64,000 bases of DNA, from NCBI GenBank assembly GCA_033763455.1, contig JANRKO010000011.1, positions 77,081 to 141,080 on the forward strand, written 5' to 3'. Position 1 is the stretch's first letter; each line of letters begins with the position of its first letter. The notes under the pieces are model-generated. The model saw only the letters and a list, made by a program, of their open reading frames with translations, did no database searches and was not told the origin of the DNA. Below, piece after piece: positions 8,519 to 18,481 of this stretch. Origin of the DNA: Polyangiaceae bacterium (GTDB lineage: Bacteria > Myxococcota_A > Polyangia > Polyangiales > Polyangiaceae). Position numbers and translations under genes: made by a program.

Positions 8519-9232
8519 ATGCGTGGAGTGCTGCCGTGGATGTTGCTGGTAGCCGGTGTTATGCTGGTGAGCTCACGAGCCCATGCGCGCGGAGTAGACG
8601 CAAATGCTTATGGTTTTGCCGAGGTTCCTAAGGCCGCCACACCCGCGCCGCTCCGAAGCCTAATTCGAGTACGAAGTGGGATTGGGCTGCTCTACACGAA
8701 CGCGGACTATGACATTTCCTTCATGCATAGCCCCACGAGTTACACCGTTGCCAAGTACGCGCAGCCGCGCACTGGCCTGGCCTACACGCTAGATCTTACC
8801 CTTGGGTTGGGCCTAGATCGCAGAGGGTTGGCGTGGTTGGGCGCCAGCTACAGGGGGCATTGGCGCCCATCCGTTCCAGACGTTTCCGTGGAACGCGCGA
8901 TCGGACTGCACTCTAGGTTCACGCTTGTTCAAGAAGCTTTAGTGATATCAGAGCTCAATATTCCCAAAATACAGTGGACGGTCGGCCCAAAGCTTGGAGT
9001 GGGCTTGCTCCGAGAATACCTAGGCCCTTACCGCGTCACCGCTAGCAACACGGCCTATGTATTGGGTGCGTCGCTCGCGAAAAAATTCCCACTCCGAGGC
9101 CCCTGGCATGCGAGCATTGCGCTAGATGCCACGGTGCATAACCTGAACCCGTACGTACTACTTGGGAGCCGCCTTGTAGAAGCTGGGACCGTCAGGCTCC
9201 TGTTTGGCATCGAGCGTCGCTCGGCCCAATAG
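8519..9232 (+). CDS. Secreted hypothetical protein, possible beta-barrel
   Basis: Signal peptide ending AHA; alternating hydrophobic strands. Confidence 0.6.
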   Translation: MRGVLPWMLLVAGVMLVSSRAHARGVDANAYGFAEVPKAATPAPLRSLIRVRSGIGLLYTNADYDISFMHSPTSYTVAKYAQPRTGLAYTLDLTLGLGLDRRGLAWLGASYRGHWRPSVPDVSVERAIGLHSRFTLVQEALVISELNIPKIQWTVGPKLGVGLLREYLGPYRVTASNTAYVLGASLAKKFPLRGPWHASIALDATVHNLNPYVLLGSRLVEAGTVRLLFGIERRSAQ

Positions 9233-9658
9233 CATCAGGCGACGCCGCCCGAGCCGATACGATACAAACAACATCGGCAGCGCCAAAAGATCGGTAGGAT
9301 CGGCCCATGTCCTATGGGGCGTTCCCAAACCCCAATCAAGCGCACGCACGTATGCCTCCGCCCCCCAGGCAGAAAGCTCGGTAACGCTGAAGATCATTCC
9401 CGTCAGCCCAACGCAAACCAAAAGCACCTTTCGAGACGGAACGTGAACGCCGAAAAGTACTTTCTGAACAACTTCTGCGCAACCTTGGAGCAAAAGCGGA
9501 AAGAACACAAGCCCCGCAAAATCCGAAAGCTTTCCGGTAACCCAACTCGGTTGAATATGCTTGAAGATGTGATCGTTGATGAACAATATAGCCATCGAGG
9601 CGATCACCCACGGGTCCAGCAGCGCTCCGCCCGCAACGTTGGCGGCACGCCCGTTCAT
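9158..9658 (-). CDS. Conserved membrane protein
   Basis: NDH.FK...WVTGKLSDFAGL and DPTDLLAL motifs, several TM helices. Confidence 0.75.
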   Translation of the reverse strand: MNGRAANVAGGALLDPWVIASMAILFINDHIFKHIQPSWVTGKLSDFAGLVFFPLLLQGCAEVVQKVLFGVHVPSRKVLLVCVGLTGMIFSVTELSAWGAEAYVRALDWGLGTPHRTWADPTDLLALPMLFVSYRLGRRRLMLLGRATLDAKQEPDGPSFYKAAPK

Positions 9659-10119
9659 TCCTCGGCCTCGAACTTGAGATAAATGGGATCGCTGGGGTTG
9701 CAGCCAGCCTCCGCGGTTGCGAACGCTTTGAAGCTAACATCAGCCGTGGAGCTCAGCGTGCTCGCGACCACCGTAACCCGGGTACATCCCTGGCACAGCT
9801 CGCGGCGTGCGGGAAGCGAACTGCCTGCCGTAAGAAGCAGGGCTCCTGAGTTTGTAGAGGAGAAGTCTGCATCTGCGGTCCACTCGATGCGGACCTCCGT
9901 TCCTTTGGGGGCCGCAACGTCGAACTCAACGCTGATCGTAGCCAACCCGTTCGACGTAACTCGGAAGGTTCGGGAAACTGACGACTGCGACGTCAATGTC
10001 AGAGTTTGGGCCGGGAGCTCGGCTGCCGCCTCCGCACTGAGGCAACTGGTTCCAAGCGAGGAGTAAGCGCCAAATGCGATCACCAGGCAGGCTAGCGTCT
10101 GGTAGGTTGCAGGTTTCAC
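9655..10119 (-). CDS. Secreted/lipoprotein hypothetical
   Basis: N-terminal hydrophobic stretch plus GTSC; ATGA overlap with next gene. Confidence 0.65.
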   Translation of the reverse strand: MKPATYQTLACLVIAFGAYSSLGTSCLSAEAAAELPAQTLTLTSQSSVSRTFRVTSNGLATISVEFDVAAPKGTEVRIEWTADADFSSTNSGALLLTAGSSLPARRELCQGCTRVTVVASTLSSTADVSFKAFATAEAGCNPSDPIYLKFEAEE

Positions 10120-10174
10120 GCGCCGATGATGTGCAAGAGCTGTGCCCTATGGCAACAGTGGCTCCGCCCCACCC

Positions 10175-10915
10175 CTACTCCACCCTCTGCGGCTCCCCCT
10201 CCGGCAAAGCAGCTAAAAGCTCCGCAAGTGCCGCTTCCACGCCCTCGGCATCGTCTCCATCAAGCGTGACTTTCGTCTTGTACGTAGCATCGAACCATTT
10301 CGGGTAGGAGCCAATTTCGACGGTAGGGTGGGCCGCTACTACGCTATCGAGAAGCGGCTTCAGTTTTACTTCATCGATCAGCGTATAAATCTGCCGCGTG
10401 ATTATTGGCTTCGGGCCGCGCACGTGGCCGCGCACGACTGCGAGCTTCATGCGAAAAAGCTCTGGAACCCCTGGCAATATCCAAACGTTGCGCATCACGA
10501 CGGTGGGCCAACGCACGCCTTCGATGGTCTTTAGCTCGGCACCTTCCGGCACTAGAGCCATACGCCGCGCGGCTTCCAGATCATTCGGGTATACCTGGGC
10601 CAGCATAGCTTCGAGCTCCGGGTGCACCGGCACACTCACCCCAAAGGCCACGCCAACGGCATCCAGCGTGAGATCATCGTGAGTGGGCCCCACGCCGCCG
10701 CTCGTGAATACAACGTCGAACTGAGCGCTCTGGATCCGCACTTCTTCAGCTATCGTCTCAATGACATCGGGCACCACCACTACGCGTTCCAGGCGGATGC
10801 CGAGTGCGCGCAAAGTTCCGGCCAGAGCGAAGAGGTTGGCCTCACATACTTTTCCGTTCAGAAGTTCGTTGCCCACCAAGATCGCCGAAGCGCGCGTGGC
10901 AAGCTGGGCCTTCAT
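10175..10915 (-). CDS. CinA-like molybdopterin-binding domain protein
   Basis: VGNELLNGKV, TSGGVGPTHDDLT, ILPGVP, IGSYP. Confidence 0.88.
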   Translation of the reverse strand: MKAQLATRASAILVGNELLNGKVCEANLFALAGTLRALGIRLERVVVVPDVIETIAEEVRIQSAQFDVVFTSGGVGPTHDDLTLDAVGVAFGVSVPVHPELEAMLAQVYPNDLEAARRMALVPEGAELKTIEGVRWPTVVMRNVWILPGVPELFRMKLAVVRGHVRGPKPIITRQIYTLIDEVKLKPLLDSVVAAHPTVEIGSYPKWFDATYKTKVTLDGDDAEGVEAALAELLAALPEGEPQRVE

Positions 10916-11217
10916 TCGTGATCCAGCGTTTTTACGATGGGCTGACCTTGCTCATCGATAGACAGCAACTGTTCGACTCTCTTTTCTGCTAAATCGAGCC
11001 GAGCTTGCGAAGCGCGCGCCAAGCGTACGCCTTCTTCGAACAGCGCGAGCGATGCATCCAACGGCAACTCACCATCTTCGAGCTTATCGACAATCTCTGA
11101 AAGGCGCGCAATCGAGGCCTCAAAGGAACCCCCGGCTTCTGCTTGCTCCGCGTGGCCGCCTTCAGCGCTTGCTTTTGCGACAGCTTCTTCCTGCGACTGT
11201 TTAGTGCGTTTGCTCAT
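10912..11217 (-). CDS. xseB: Exodeoxyribonuclease VII small subunit
   Basis: SFEASIARLSEIVDKLEDGELPLDASLALFEEGVRL...L..AEKRVEQL. Confidence 0.93.
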   Translation of the reverse strand: MSKRTKQSQEEAVAKASAEGGHAEQAEAGGSFEASIARLSEIVDKLEDGELPLDASLALFEEGVRLARASQARLDLAEKRVEQLLSIDEQGQPIVKTLDHE

Positions 11218-13094
11218 GAGCCGTGGGTACCAAAAGACTTCGGGGGAAGGTGCTTGAATTTTGTTGGGGGCGCAAGGCGGAGCGAATAGGGCCCTGGAAC
11301 TGCGTTCGGAACCACCACAAAGCCGTCTGCGTCAGGTATTACGGGCAAGACCAATCCGGGGGCAATACGCACGCCGATAGCGTCACCGGGCTTCACCCCC
11401 TCCGTAAAGATCCACAAGGGAAAACTCCCTCCGGTGCATGGCCGGGGCAGCGGGCCTTTGAGCGCCTGCTCCGCGATAGCCCGAACGCGAGCATCGGCAT
11501 CGAGCGCGGCCACTTTTGAAAACCACGCAGGCGCCCACTCGGGGGAACCGAGGCCCATGCCGGTTACGATCGCCTGCCGGACGGTGGGGTCAACTTCGGA
11601 GGCGTAAGCCGCTGTGAGCCAAGCATAACGACTGGGCTCGTCGCTCTGAGCCAGGCCCAACAAAGCACTGGCGCGCACATCGGCATCGGCGCTGTGCAGT
11701 AGCTGCTCGAAGAGGGTTTGTTGGGGGTTGTAGCGGGCCCCCAACACGAGCGCTGCAAGTGGAGCACTACCGCTCGCTTCTAGGAGCTCTACAAGAGCAT
11801 CCGTTGGGACCTTCGACCAAACTTCGCGGTACTGCAAGCACGCTTGAAGGTGTGTGGGCAAGGACGCGGTGGCGGTAGCAAAGAACCCAGAAACCGCCTT
11901 CAAACAAGCGCTCCCCGTGGGAAATCCGTGCTTATCCTGCTCCGCAGGATCTGCCGACTGGATGAGGAGCGCTCTCTTCCACAAGCGTTGTTCCCAACCT
12001 TTCGTTGCAACTAAGCGAGCCTGCAGGGTGCGCTCGGCGGCAACATTGTGCGCCGTAGCTAGCGCGTAAGCCACAAGCGCGAGCTCTGTACGTCTCCGTG
12101 TTGACTTGAGGAGCCTATTATTGGCCTCTTCAGAATTGAGGGAAGCGATCAAGCGGCGCACTCGCAGCGCTTGCGAAGGTGGAGCTTTCAACAGCAACTG
12201 AATGAGCAACGTTGCTAGGCGCGGAGATCGCGTGCGCTCCGCTAGCTCCAAGCCGAGCTCGACATCTTCTTCACGCCCGAGAAGTTCCTGAACGAGTGGT
12301 TCGGATTCGGCGGGTGCCAAACGAGCAAGAATTTCGGCAGCCGCACTTCGCAACCTTGGGGCGGAGCTCCCTGCCCATTGTCGAGCCAAACCAAGCGGCT
12401 CCGCGCTACCGAGCTTAACCATTGCCACCGCAGCTTCCGTGCTCACTTCCATGCGCGCCGTTTGCACGAGCGCACGCAGGACCGCAAGATCTCTGGAACT
12501 TCCGAGCTCGCCCACTAAAGCCACCGCAGCCGCAGGGGAGGTCTTGGATGTTAACATGTTGAGCGTGCGCGGCGGATGCGCCAAAAGAGCCGTGCGAGCG
12601 ATGTCTGCTAGGGGGCCTTCATGGCCCAACGCCGAGAGCAATAACCCGATCGCGCGTGAACTTCCCGAGTGGCTGAGCGCGAGAGCTGCGGACATTTGAA
12701 CTTGGCGCAGTGAGGTGGACTCGCCACCGGAAGCGTCTGAAAGTATGCGATACAAGAAGGCCGCAACCCTCGGCTCCGCCGCAAACGGTGCGAGCGAAAA
12801 TACCAGAGCCCGCTTTTCTGGTGGCTCCAGTGATTCCACCTTATCCACCATTGTGAGCAGCCGTTCACGCACCTCGGGTAGTAGGGGTAGGCCCAAACGC
12901 TCAAAGCCGCGGCGCCGCTCTCCACTTTCCGATGAACGCAGAAGCTTGGCAATCGCAGCTTCGCCGAAACGCTCTTGTATCGGGAGCGATTCGGCCTCTG
13001 CAGGCATAGCAGCCGAAAGCACACAAACGCTCAAGCACCAGGCGCTCACGCGCAGAGTTAGCCAGCGCTGTCGAAGCCTTCGACGTTCACTCAT
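11214..13094 (-). CDS. HEAT-repeat secreted protein
   Basis: Ala/Leu helical repeats (DADVRASALLGL, DPTVRQAIV, DARVRAIA); start overlaps upstream stop. Confidence 0.7.
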   Translation of the reverse strand: MSERRRLRQRWLTLRVSAWCLSVCVLSAAMPAEAESLPIQERFGEAAIAKLLRSSESGERRRGFERLGLPLLPEVRERLLTMVDKVESLEPPEKRALVFSLAPFAAEPRVAAFLYRILSDASGGESTSLRQVQMSAALALSHSGSSRAIGLLLSALGHEGPLADIARTALLAHPPRTLNMLTSKTSPAAAVALVGELGSSRDLAVLRALVQTARMEVSTEAAVAMVKLGSAEPLGLARQWAGSSAPRLRSAAAEILARLAPAESEPLVQELLGREEDVELGLELAERTRSPRLATLLIQLLLKAPPSQALRVRRLIASLNSEEANNRLLKSTRRRTELALVAYALATAHNVAAERTLQARLVATKGWEQRLWKRALLIQSADPAEQDKHGFPTGSACLKAVSGFFATATASLPTHLQACLQYREVWSKVPTDALVELLEASGSAPLAALVLGARYNPQQTLFEQLLHSADADVRASALLGLAQSDEPSRYAWLTAAYASEVDPTVRQAIVTGMGLGSPEWAPAWFSKVAALDADARVRAIAEQALKGPLPRPCTGGSFPLWIFTEGVKPGDAIGVRIAPGLVLPVIPDADGFVVVPNAVPGPYSLRLAPPTKFKHLPPKSFGTHGS

Positions 13095-13998
13095 CGTTCG
13101 TCCAACCCAGGCCAAAAAACGCGCGCATTTGGGGATTTCCTGGGCGAGAACCAAGCGGCAATTGGCACCCGGCGTTGACGGAAAGCGAGCCCATGCGGCG
13201 GCTAACACCGAGCCCAATGAGCGCGCCGTTAGCTCCTGAAGAAGCGAGCCCCGAAAGGCCGGACGCGCCTGAGAATTCGAGCCCAATACGCGTCCCACCA
13301 GATTGATCCCAGCCAAGGAGAATGGGGCGAAATTGCAAACCCAGGTTCCAGCGCAGTTCGTTGCCATAGCGCACCTGGAGCAATGTGGGCTCTGTCCCAC
13401 GCAGGCGCACGCCCGCTCCGGCTCGCACTTCAAACACCATCAAATGGAGGGCGGACAGCAACCCCAGCTCCCCCTCGGGTGCTCCGCTCGATAAAAACGC
13501 TGCTTTAGAACCGGTGGGCAAGGCAACAATCCCACGCGACCCGAGCGTGAACCCCCCGACGTCACCAGGCTTGAGCCACGTTGTCTTGTAACCGAGTTCC
13601 AAGTTTCCGGTTGCGGTACTGGGTAGCTTCGGGCGATCGATGACCTCAGAAAGATCGTGTCCTGATTCGTTTAAAATGAAAGGCAGCGCCACCGAGAGCT
13701 CTAGGCGATTCAAGACGCCGAGCGCTAGCGCGTAATCCGTGAACACGCGGTCGGCGATGAGAGCAAACTCCTCGCCCCGAGCAACGTTATGAAGCACGAG
13801 AGGCTTTCTGGCATAACCCATCCAAACGTTGGCCCGCAGGGCGCCGGGGGCAAGCGCCTCGGGTGAAAGTGACTGCACAAGCCCATCGCTCGCCGGAGGC
13901 AATGGAGCCTGCCCCAGATTGATGGCATCGCGATCGGCGTGGGCACGCCCGGAACCGAGCAGAAGCCCGAGGCTCAGAAGGACAGCAATCCGGCGCAT
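13087..13998 (-). CDS. Outer-membrane beta-barrel (transporter/OmpA-barrel-like) protein
   Basis: Signal peptide AHA; YARKPLVL, RLELSVALP, LPTG; ends RAFFGLGW. Confidence 0.7.
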   Translation of the reverse strand: MRRIAVLLSLGLLLGSGRAHADRDAINLGQAPLPPASDGLVQSLSPEALAPGALRANVWMGYARKPLVLHNVARGEEFALIADRVFTDYALALGVLNRLELSVALPFILNESGHDLSEVIDRPKLPSTATGNLELGYKTTWLKPGDVGGFTLGSRGIVALPTGSKAAFLSSGAPEGELGLLSALHLMVFEVRAGAGVRLRGTEPTLLQVRYGNELRWNLGLQFRPILLGWDQSGGTRIGLEFSGASGLSGLASSGANGALIGLGVSRRMGSLSVNAGCQLPLGSRPGNPQMRAFFGLGWTNDE

Positions 13999-14087
13999 GG
14001 GGTCGGGGCCAGACTACCCGGGCTCGGCCCAAGCTTGCAAAACTTGCCCCGAGGCCCCGATCAGCGTAACCGCTTCAGCAAGAACCC

Positions 14088-15359
14088 ATGGATGCGATTC
14101 AGGTCCGCGGCACACGCCGACTCTCAGGCTCAATCCGAGTTGGGGGTGCAAAAAACGCCGCCCTTCCCATCTTGTGCGCCACGCTGCTTTCGGAGGGCGA
14201 AAGCCTCCTTCGAAATGTCCCCGCGCTGCGCGACATTCACACCACAGGCGCCCTGTTGCGGTTCCTCGGCAGAACGGTCGAGGTCACGCCACCGACCCTC
14301 ACCGTGCGAGCTGAAACGGGCAACATGCGCCCCGAAGCTCCGTACGAGCTGGTTCGCCAGATGCGAGCAAGCGTTCTGGTGTTGGGGCCGCTCGTGGCCC
14401 GTTACGGGCGCGCGCGAGTCTCCTTGCCCGGCGGTTGCGCGATTGGAGCACGCCCAGTCGACCAGCACCTCCGCGGGTTGGAAGCTTTGGGTGCGAAGAT
14501 CCGCGTAGACCACGGCTACATTGTTGCTGAAGCTGGCCGCTTGCGTGGCACCGAAATCGTCTTCGACATGCCCACGGTAACAGGCACCGAAAACATCATG
14601 ATGGCGGCAGCCCTCGCCAAAGGAAAATCTGTTCTGGTTAACTGCGCTCGCGAACCAGAAGTGGAAGAACTCGGCAGGGTGCTAAACAAGATGGGCGCCA
14701 AGGTGGAAGGCGCTGGCACCAGCGTAATCCATATCGAAGGCAGGGATGCACTCGATCCATTTGATCATGCGGTGATCGCCGATCGCATTGAGGCCGGAAC
14801 CTTCTTGGCGGCTGTCGGCGCGGCCGGCGGTGATGTGCTCCTGGAATATGCGCCCTTCGACGATCTCGAACCTGTAATCTACAAGCTGCGCCAAGCTGGG
14901 GTTGAAATCGAGCGCGAAGGCGAACACGTGCGTGTCCGACGTGAAGGCCCATTAAAGCCGCGGGATGTGACCACAGCGCCCCACCCCGGCTTCCCGACAG
15001 ACATGCAGGCACAGTTCATGGCGCTCATGTGTTCGGCTGAAGGTAAGAGCGTGCTCACCGAAACAATCTTCGAGAATCGCTTCATGCACGTTCCTGAGCT
15101 CAGCCGCATGGGTGCAGATATCGTGACCCACGGCAACACGGCCATTGTTCAAGGTGTAAAGAGCCTCTCGGGTGCGAGCGTGATGGCCACCGATCTCCGA
15201 GCCAGCGCGTCCCTCGTAATCGCGGGCCTGGTCGCCGATGGCGAGACCACCGTACGCCGCGTGTACCACCTCGATCGCGGTTACGAACGCATCGAAGAAA
15301 AGCTAAAAGGCGTGGGCGCCGACATCGAACGCATCAAGCTTGAGGACCACGACTCTTGA
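14088..15359 (+). CDS. murA: UDP-N-acetylglucosamine 1-carboxyvinyltransferase
   Basis: [55 protein letters not shown]. Confidence 0.98.
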   Translation: MDAIQVRGTRRLSGSIRVGGAKNAALPILCATLLSEGESLLRNVPALRDIHTTGALLRFLGRTVEVTPPTLTVRAETGNMRPEAPYELVRQMRASVLVLGPLVARYGRARVSLPGGCAIGARPVDQHLRGLEALGAKIRVDHGYIVAEAGRLRGTEIVFDMPTVTGTENIMMAAALAKGKSVLVNCAREPEVEELGRVLNKMGAKVEGAGTSVIHIEGRDALDPFDHAVIADRIEAGTFLAAVGAAGGDVLLEYAPFDDLEPVIYKLRQAGVEIEREGEHVRVRREGPLKPRDVTTAPHPGFPTDMQAQFMALMCSAEGKSVLTETIFENRFMHVPELSRMGADIVTHGNTAIVQGVKSLSGASVMATDLRASASLVIAGLVADGETTVRRVYHLDRGYERIEEKLKGVGADIERIKLEDHDS

Positions 15360-15985
15360 AACCGATCACGATAGCGATTCCCAAAGGCCGCGTTACCCAA
15401 GCGCTCGCGCCGCTTTTTCGCCACGCCGGCCTGGATACCTCGCCGCTTGATTCGGACGATCGGCGCCTGATTCGCTCCACGGACGACGAGAGCCTGCGCT
15501 TCCTTTTGTTAAAGCCCGATGATGTGCCCACCTACGTGGAGTACGGTGCCGTGGATCTTGGCATCAGCGGTCGCGACGTACTTCTTGAACGCCGCTACGA
15601 CCTCTACCAGCCGCTCGATTTGGGCGTCGGCAAATGTCGCATGATCGTGGCAGGCCCCAAGGGCCAAAAAGCTCCGCCCCTGCCGCGCATCGCTACCAAG
15701 TTCCCCCGCATCGCCGCCGAACACTTCGCCAAGAAGGGCATCCAAGCCGAAATCATTTTCGTGCAAGGCTCAGTGGAGCTCGCCCCGCTTGTAGGCCTTT
15801 CTGATCTGATCGTGGATATCGCTGAATCCGGGAAAACCCTCGTGGAAAACGGACTTGAAGAGCAGGAGTTCATTTGCTCCATCTCCAGTGTCCTCGTGGC
15901 CAATCGGGCGCTTTATAAGCTCCGCCACGACACCATCGCCCCCGTTGTGGAGCGCCTGCGCAAGGCGGTTGAGTTGCTGGGGTAG
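15356..15985 (+). CDS. hisG: ATP phosphoribosyltransferase, short form
   Basis: [45 protein letters not shown]; 209 aa. Confidence 0.95.
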   Translation: MKPITIAIPKGRVTQALAPLFRHAGLDTSPLDSDDRRLIRSTDDESLRFLLLKPDDVPTYVEYGAVDLGISGRDVLLERRYDLYQPLDLGVGKCRMIVAGPKGQKAPPLPRIATKFPRIAAEHFAKKGIQAEIIFVQGSVELAPLVGLSDLIVDIAESGKTLVENGLEEQEFICSISSVLVANRALYKLRHDTIAPVVERLRKAVELLG

Positions 15986-16040
15986 CGAAGGCCACCCCAA
16001 GCTTGCACATGGGGTACCCCCGAGCCCCCAGCGACTCGGC

Positions 16041-16724
16041 TCACGCCGCTGGCGGCGCATCCAGCACCACGAACGGCTCTATCTTCTTCAGCCCCTTCAC
16101 CCCGATACCCTTCACGCGCAGCAAATCCGTCACTTTGCGAAACCGACCCAGCCGGGCTCGCAAATCCAAAATCGATTGAGCGCGTTTAGGGCCCACTCCC
16201 GGCAGCTTGACGAGATCAGAAACCTCCGCCGCATTCAGCACCACTTTGCCGTCCGCGGTTTTCCCTGGCGTGGCACCTTCGCCCGTGCCAGCCGCACCAG
16301 CGGGTGCACTTGACGCAACTCCGGTTGAACCCGCTGCGCTTGACGCCCCCGAAGCCGCTGGACACGGCTGCACTTGGACGGGAACAGCCGAGGCCTGCCC
16401 GGCCTTTCCCTTCTCCGCCGACGAACCTGCCAGCCACTCATTGTTGCCGCGTGCGTGCGCCTTATCCTCCGCGGCGCGTGCTTCAGCGATGGATAACACG
16501 CTCCGCCCTTCGTGCTGAAGCGACCAATACCCAAGCCCTGCAAAGCCCAGAATGGCAACGCCACCCAGCACCACTTTGGCCACCACGGGCACCCACACAC
16601 TTTGAAAAAACGGGCGCTTTTTCGGCTCAAGCGGTGCTCCAAAAGTGCAGGGAGCCCCCCCGGGCTCCATGGCGCTCGTTCCACACTGTTCGGATTTCTC
16701 TTCAAATGTAAGTTCTTGCGACAT
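16041..16724 (-). CDS. comEA: ComEA-family DNA-binding/uptake protein
   Basis: TM anchor, Ala/Gly linker, VVLNAAEVSDLVKLPGVGPKRAQSI...LLRVKGIG HhH motifs. Confidence 0.88.
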   Translation of the reverse strand: MSQELTFEEKSEQCGTSAMEPGGAPCTFGAPLEPKKRPFFQSVWVPVVAKVVLGGVAILGFAGLGYWSLQHEGRSVLSIAEARAAEDKAHARGNNEWLAGSSAEKGKAGQASAVPVQVQPCPAASGASSAAGSTGVASSAPAGAAGTGEGATPGKTADGKVVLNAAEVSDLVKLPGVGPKRAQSILDLRARLGRFRKVTDLLRVKGIGVKGLKKIEPFVVLDAPPAA

Positions 16725-16754
16725 CTCCCTGCTCCTTTGGAAGAAGGTTAACGC

Positions 16755-16997
16755 TTACGCGCTCTTGGCGATGGGCAACGTTTCCGCGCCTCCGCCAAAT
16801 CCCCTTGCGGACGGCCCCGCAAATTCGTCCTTCGCTACGAAGTCCCGAATGTGGAGCTCACCGGTAATCGGCAGCGCCTCCAAGCGAACATTCAACGACC
16901 CATCGCGATTGACGAAAGCGACCCCGACGCGATTCCAATATTTATTTTCATTGCGCTCGGTGATCACGTAAACGGCCTTCATTCTGCTGTTTTCCAT
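16755..16997 (-). CDS. Small conserved beta-rich protein, possibly ssDNA-binding
   Basis: W.RVGVAFVNRDGSLNVRLEALP motif; A-rich leader; 30 nt upstream of comEA. Confidence 0.75.
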   Translation of the reverse strand: MENSRMKAVYVITERNENKYWNRVGVAFVNRDGSLNVRLEALPITGELHIRDFVAKDEFAGPSARGFGGGAETLPIAKSA

Positions 16998-17083
16998 CTC
17001 TACTATTTCCTAACTGTTTCTCTATTTGGTTGGTTGCTTCGAAGCGCATCCGGCGAACCTTCGTCGCTTCTGGGGAGCAACTT

Positions 17084-17099
17084 TGCGAAGCTCGTGCCA
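17084..17099 (-). promoter_or_regulatory. sigma54 -24/-12 promoter for the small-protein/comEA operon
   Basis: Minus strand TGGCACGAGCTTCGCA, canonical spacing. Confidence 0.7.
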
Positions 17100-17312
17100 A
17101 GGCAAAAATGGGCGAAATCCGAGAGCAAGCAGCAGCTGGCCTGAAGTGGCGGACTGTCCAAAGTGGCCAAATGGACGGACACCCCCTCAGGATTTGGGGG
17201 GTATCGGCGTTGTGCAAACACCCACTTTCATGCTCGACTCGCTGACCGCGACCCATGCTCGCGAATGCTTGGCGGCGGCGCCTCTTACGCTCACGAGCAG
17301 GTACTTAGCATG

Positions 17313-17510
17313 CTAACTTTCGGCACCGAAGCCGTGGAGGGCCCACTTCCACGCGGGTACCACTCGAATGTTGCCAGCCCGAGAGGCAATGGTCTCCTCA
17401 GAGTGAAGCGTTACGATTGTACCCTCTTTGAGAAACAGCTCCTCCATCGCTTCCTCTAGTGCCCGGACCTCTCGCTCACGGGTCTTCGCTTCCTCCAGCT
17501 CAACGCAAGT
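17313..17510 (-). pseudogene. C-terminal remnant of an AAA+ ATP-binding (DUF4143-type) protein
   Basis: TC..LEEAKTREREVRALEEAMEEL..KEGTIVTL..EETI...IRVVPAWKW resembles the family tail; no ATPase domain upstream. Confidence 0.6.
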
Positions 17511-17645
17511 CCTTGCACCAAGGACAGATAAACAAGTCAGGCTGATTTTCATCCCGCCCCCAGCTGTACGCCCCGGGCTGCGAGACCAAATGCGCCTTTT
17601 CCCCGCCAACCTGACACCTCCCCCAACCTGAGGCATATTTGCTGG

Positions 17646-18377
17646 GTGCCGCGCGTAAACTTCGAAGCCCCCATGCTCCAAGTTTGCGCCCCGCGTTCGC
17701 TCTTCGTCGCCGCGCTGCTGTTGGGGACGGCCGCTTGTTCCACCATTCCGCGTCAGCCCCCTGGAAAGCCACCGTCGCCGCAGTCTGTTACGGTGTCAGC
17801 GCCTGGCGGGGATGCCCATGATCCGCACGCAGCGGCTCTCGCGCGCCAGCTCGCTGAAGGTTGGGGCTCTGGGTACGACAAAGATCAGCAATTATTCGTG
17901 CCGCTTCCGGATGGTGCACACTGGCGAAGAGTTCGCTTTTTTGGGGTCGAGCATTTTTTGGGGTTTAGGTACGGAGATGATCATGACGTGGTCGCCGTGG
18001 TGTCTATTTTGGATGCGCCCGATGAGCCCACGCCCACCAGTGAAACGTGCATGAAGCGTTTTGAAGCGTGGGCCAGGCCACAAACGCGCGGCTACGATGT
18101 AGCGCTTGGCCCCATATCCGAAACACACGTAACTTGGCGCAATCAATCTATCGTTGTGCACCAGATGGATGGGCACATTGATATCGCGTTTTCCCGCCGA
18201 AAGTTCTCCGGCGCCTGGGCCAGCTACGCTCCGTACCCCCACGCTTGCCTCATCTACGCCATGGCAGCTCCTTGGGGAAAGAGTGAAGCATTGGCTCGGC
18301 AGGTGCGCGCACGCTGGGTCGCAGAAGCCTTTGCCCAGGTGAATCCTGTAACGGCAGAGCGGCCAGTGCGCAAGTAA
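17646..18377 (+). CDS. Lipoprotein, hypothetical
   Basis: Lipobox-like GTAAC. Confidence 0.7.
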   Translation: MPRVNFEAPMLQVCAPRSLFVAALLLGTAACSTIPRQPPGKPPSPQSVTVSAPGGDAHDPHAAALARQLAEGWGSGYDKDQQLFVPLPDGAHWRRVRFFGVEHFLGFRYGDDHDVVAVVSILDAPDEPTPTSETCMKRFEAWARPQTRGYDVALGPISETHVTWRNQSIVVHQMDGHIDIAFSRRKFSGAWASYAPYPHACLIYAMAAPWGKSEALARQVRARWVAEAFAQVNPVTAERPVRK

Positions 18378-18481
18378 ACGCCGGCGGCTACACCCCCTCA
18401 ATGTGCGCAGCGAGGGATAGCTTCGCCGGCACACCAACAGAAGTCCGCGATGTGAGGTGGCCATGAACCCCATAAGGCTAG

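Noticed and set aside
13095..13433. Long N-terminal extension of the HEAT-repeat ORF (similar extensions at 19741, 24935, 29756, 42224, 45539)
   Set aside because: They overlap upstream genes or precede signal peptides; downstream starts fit better
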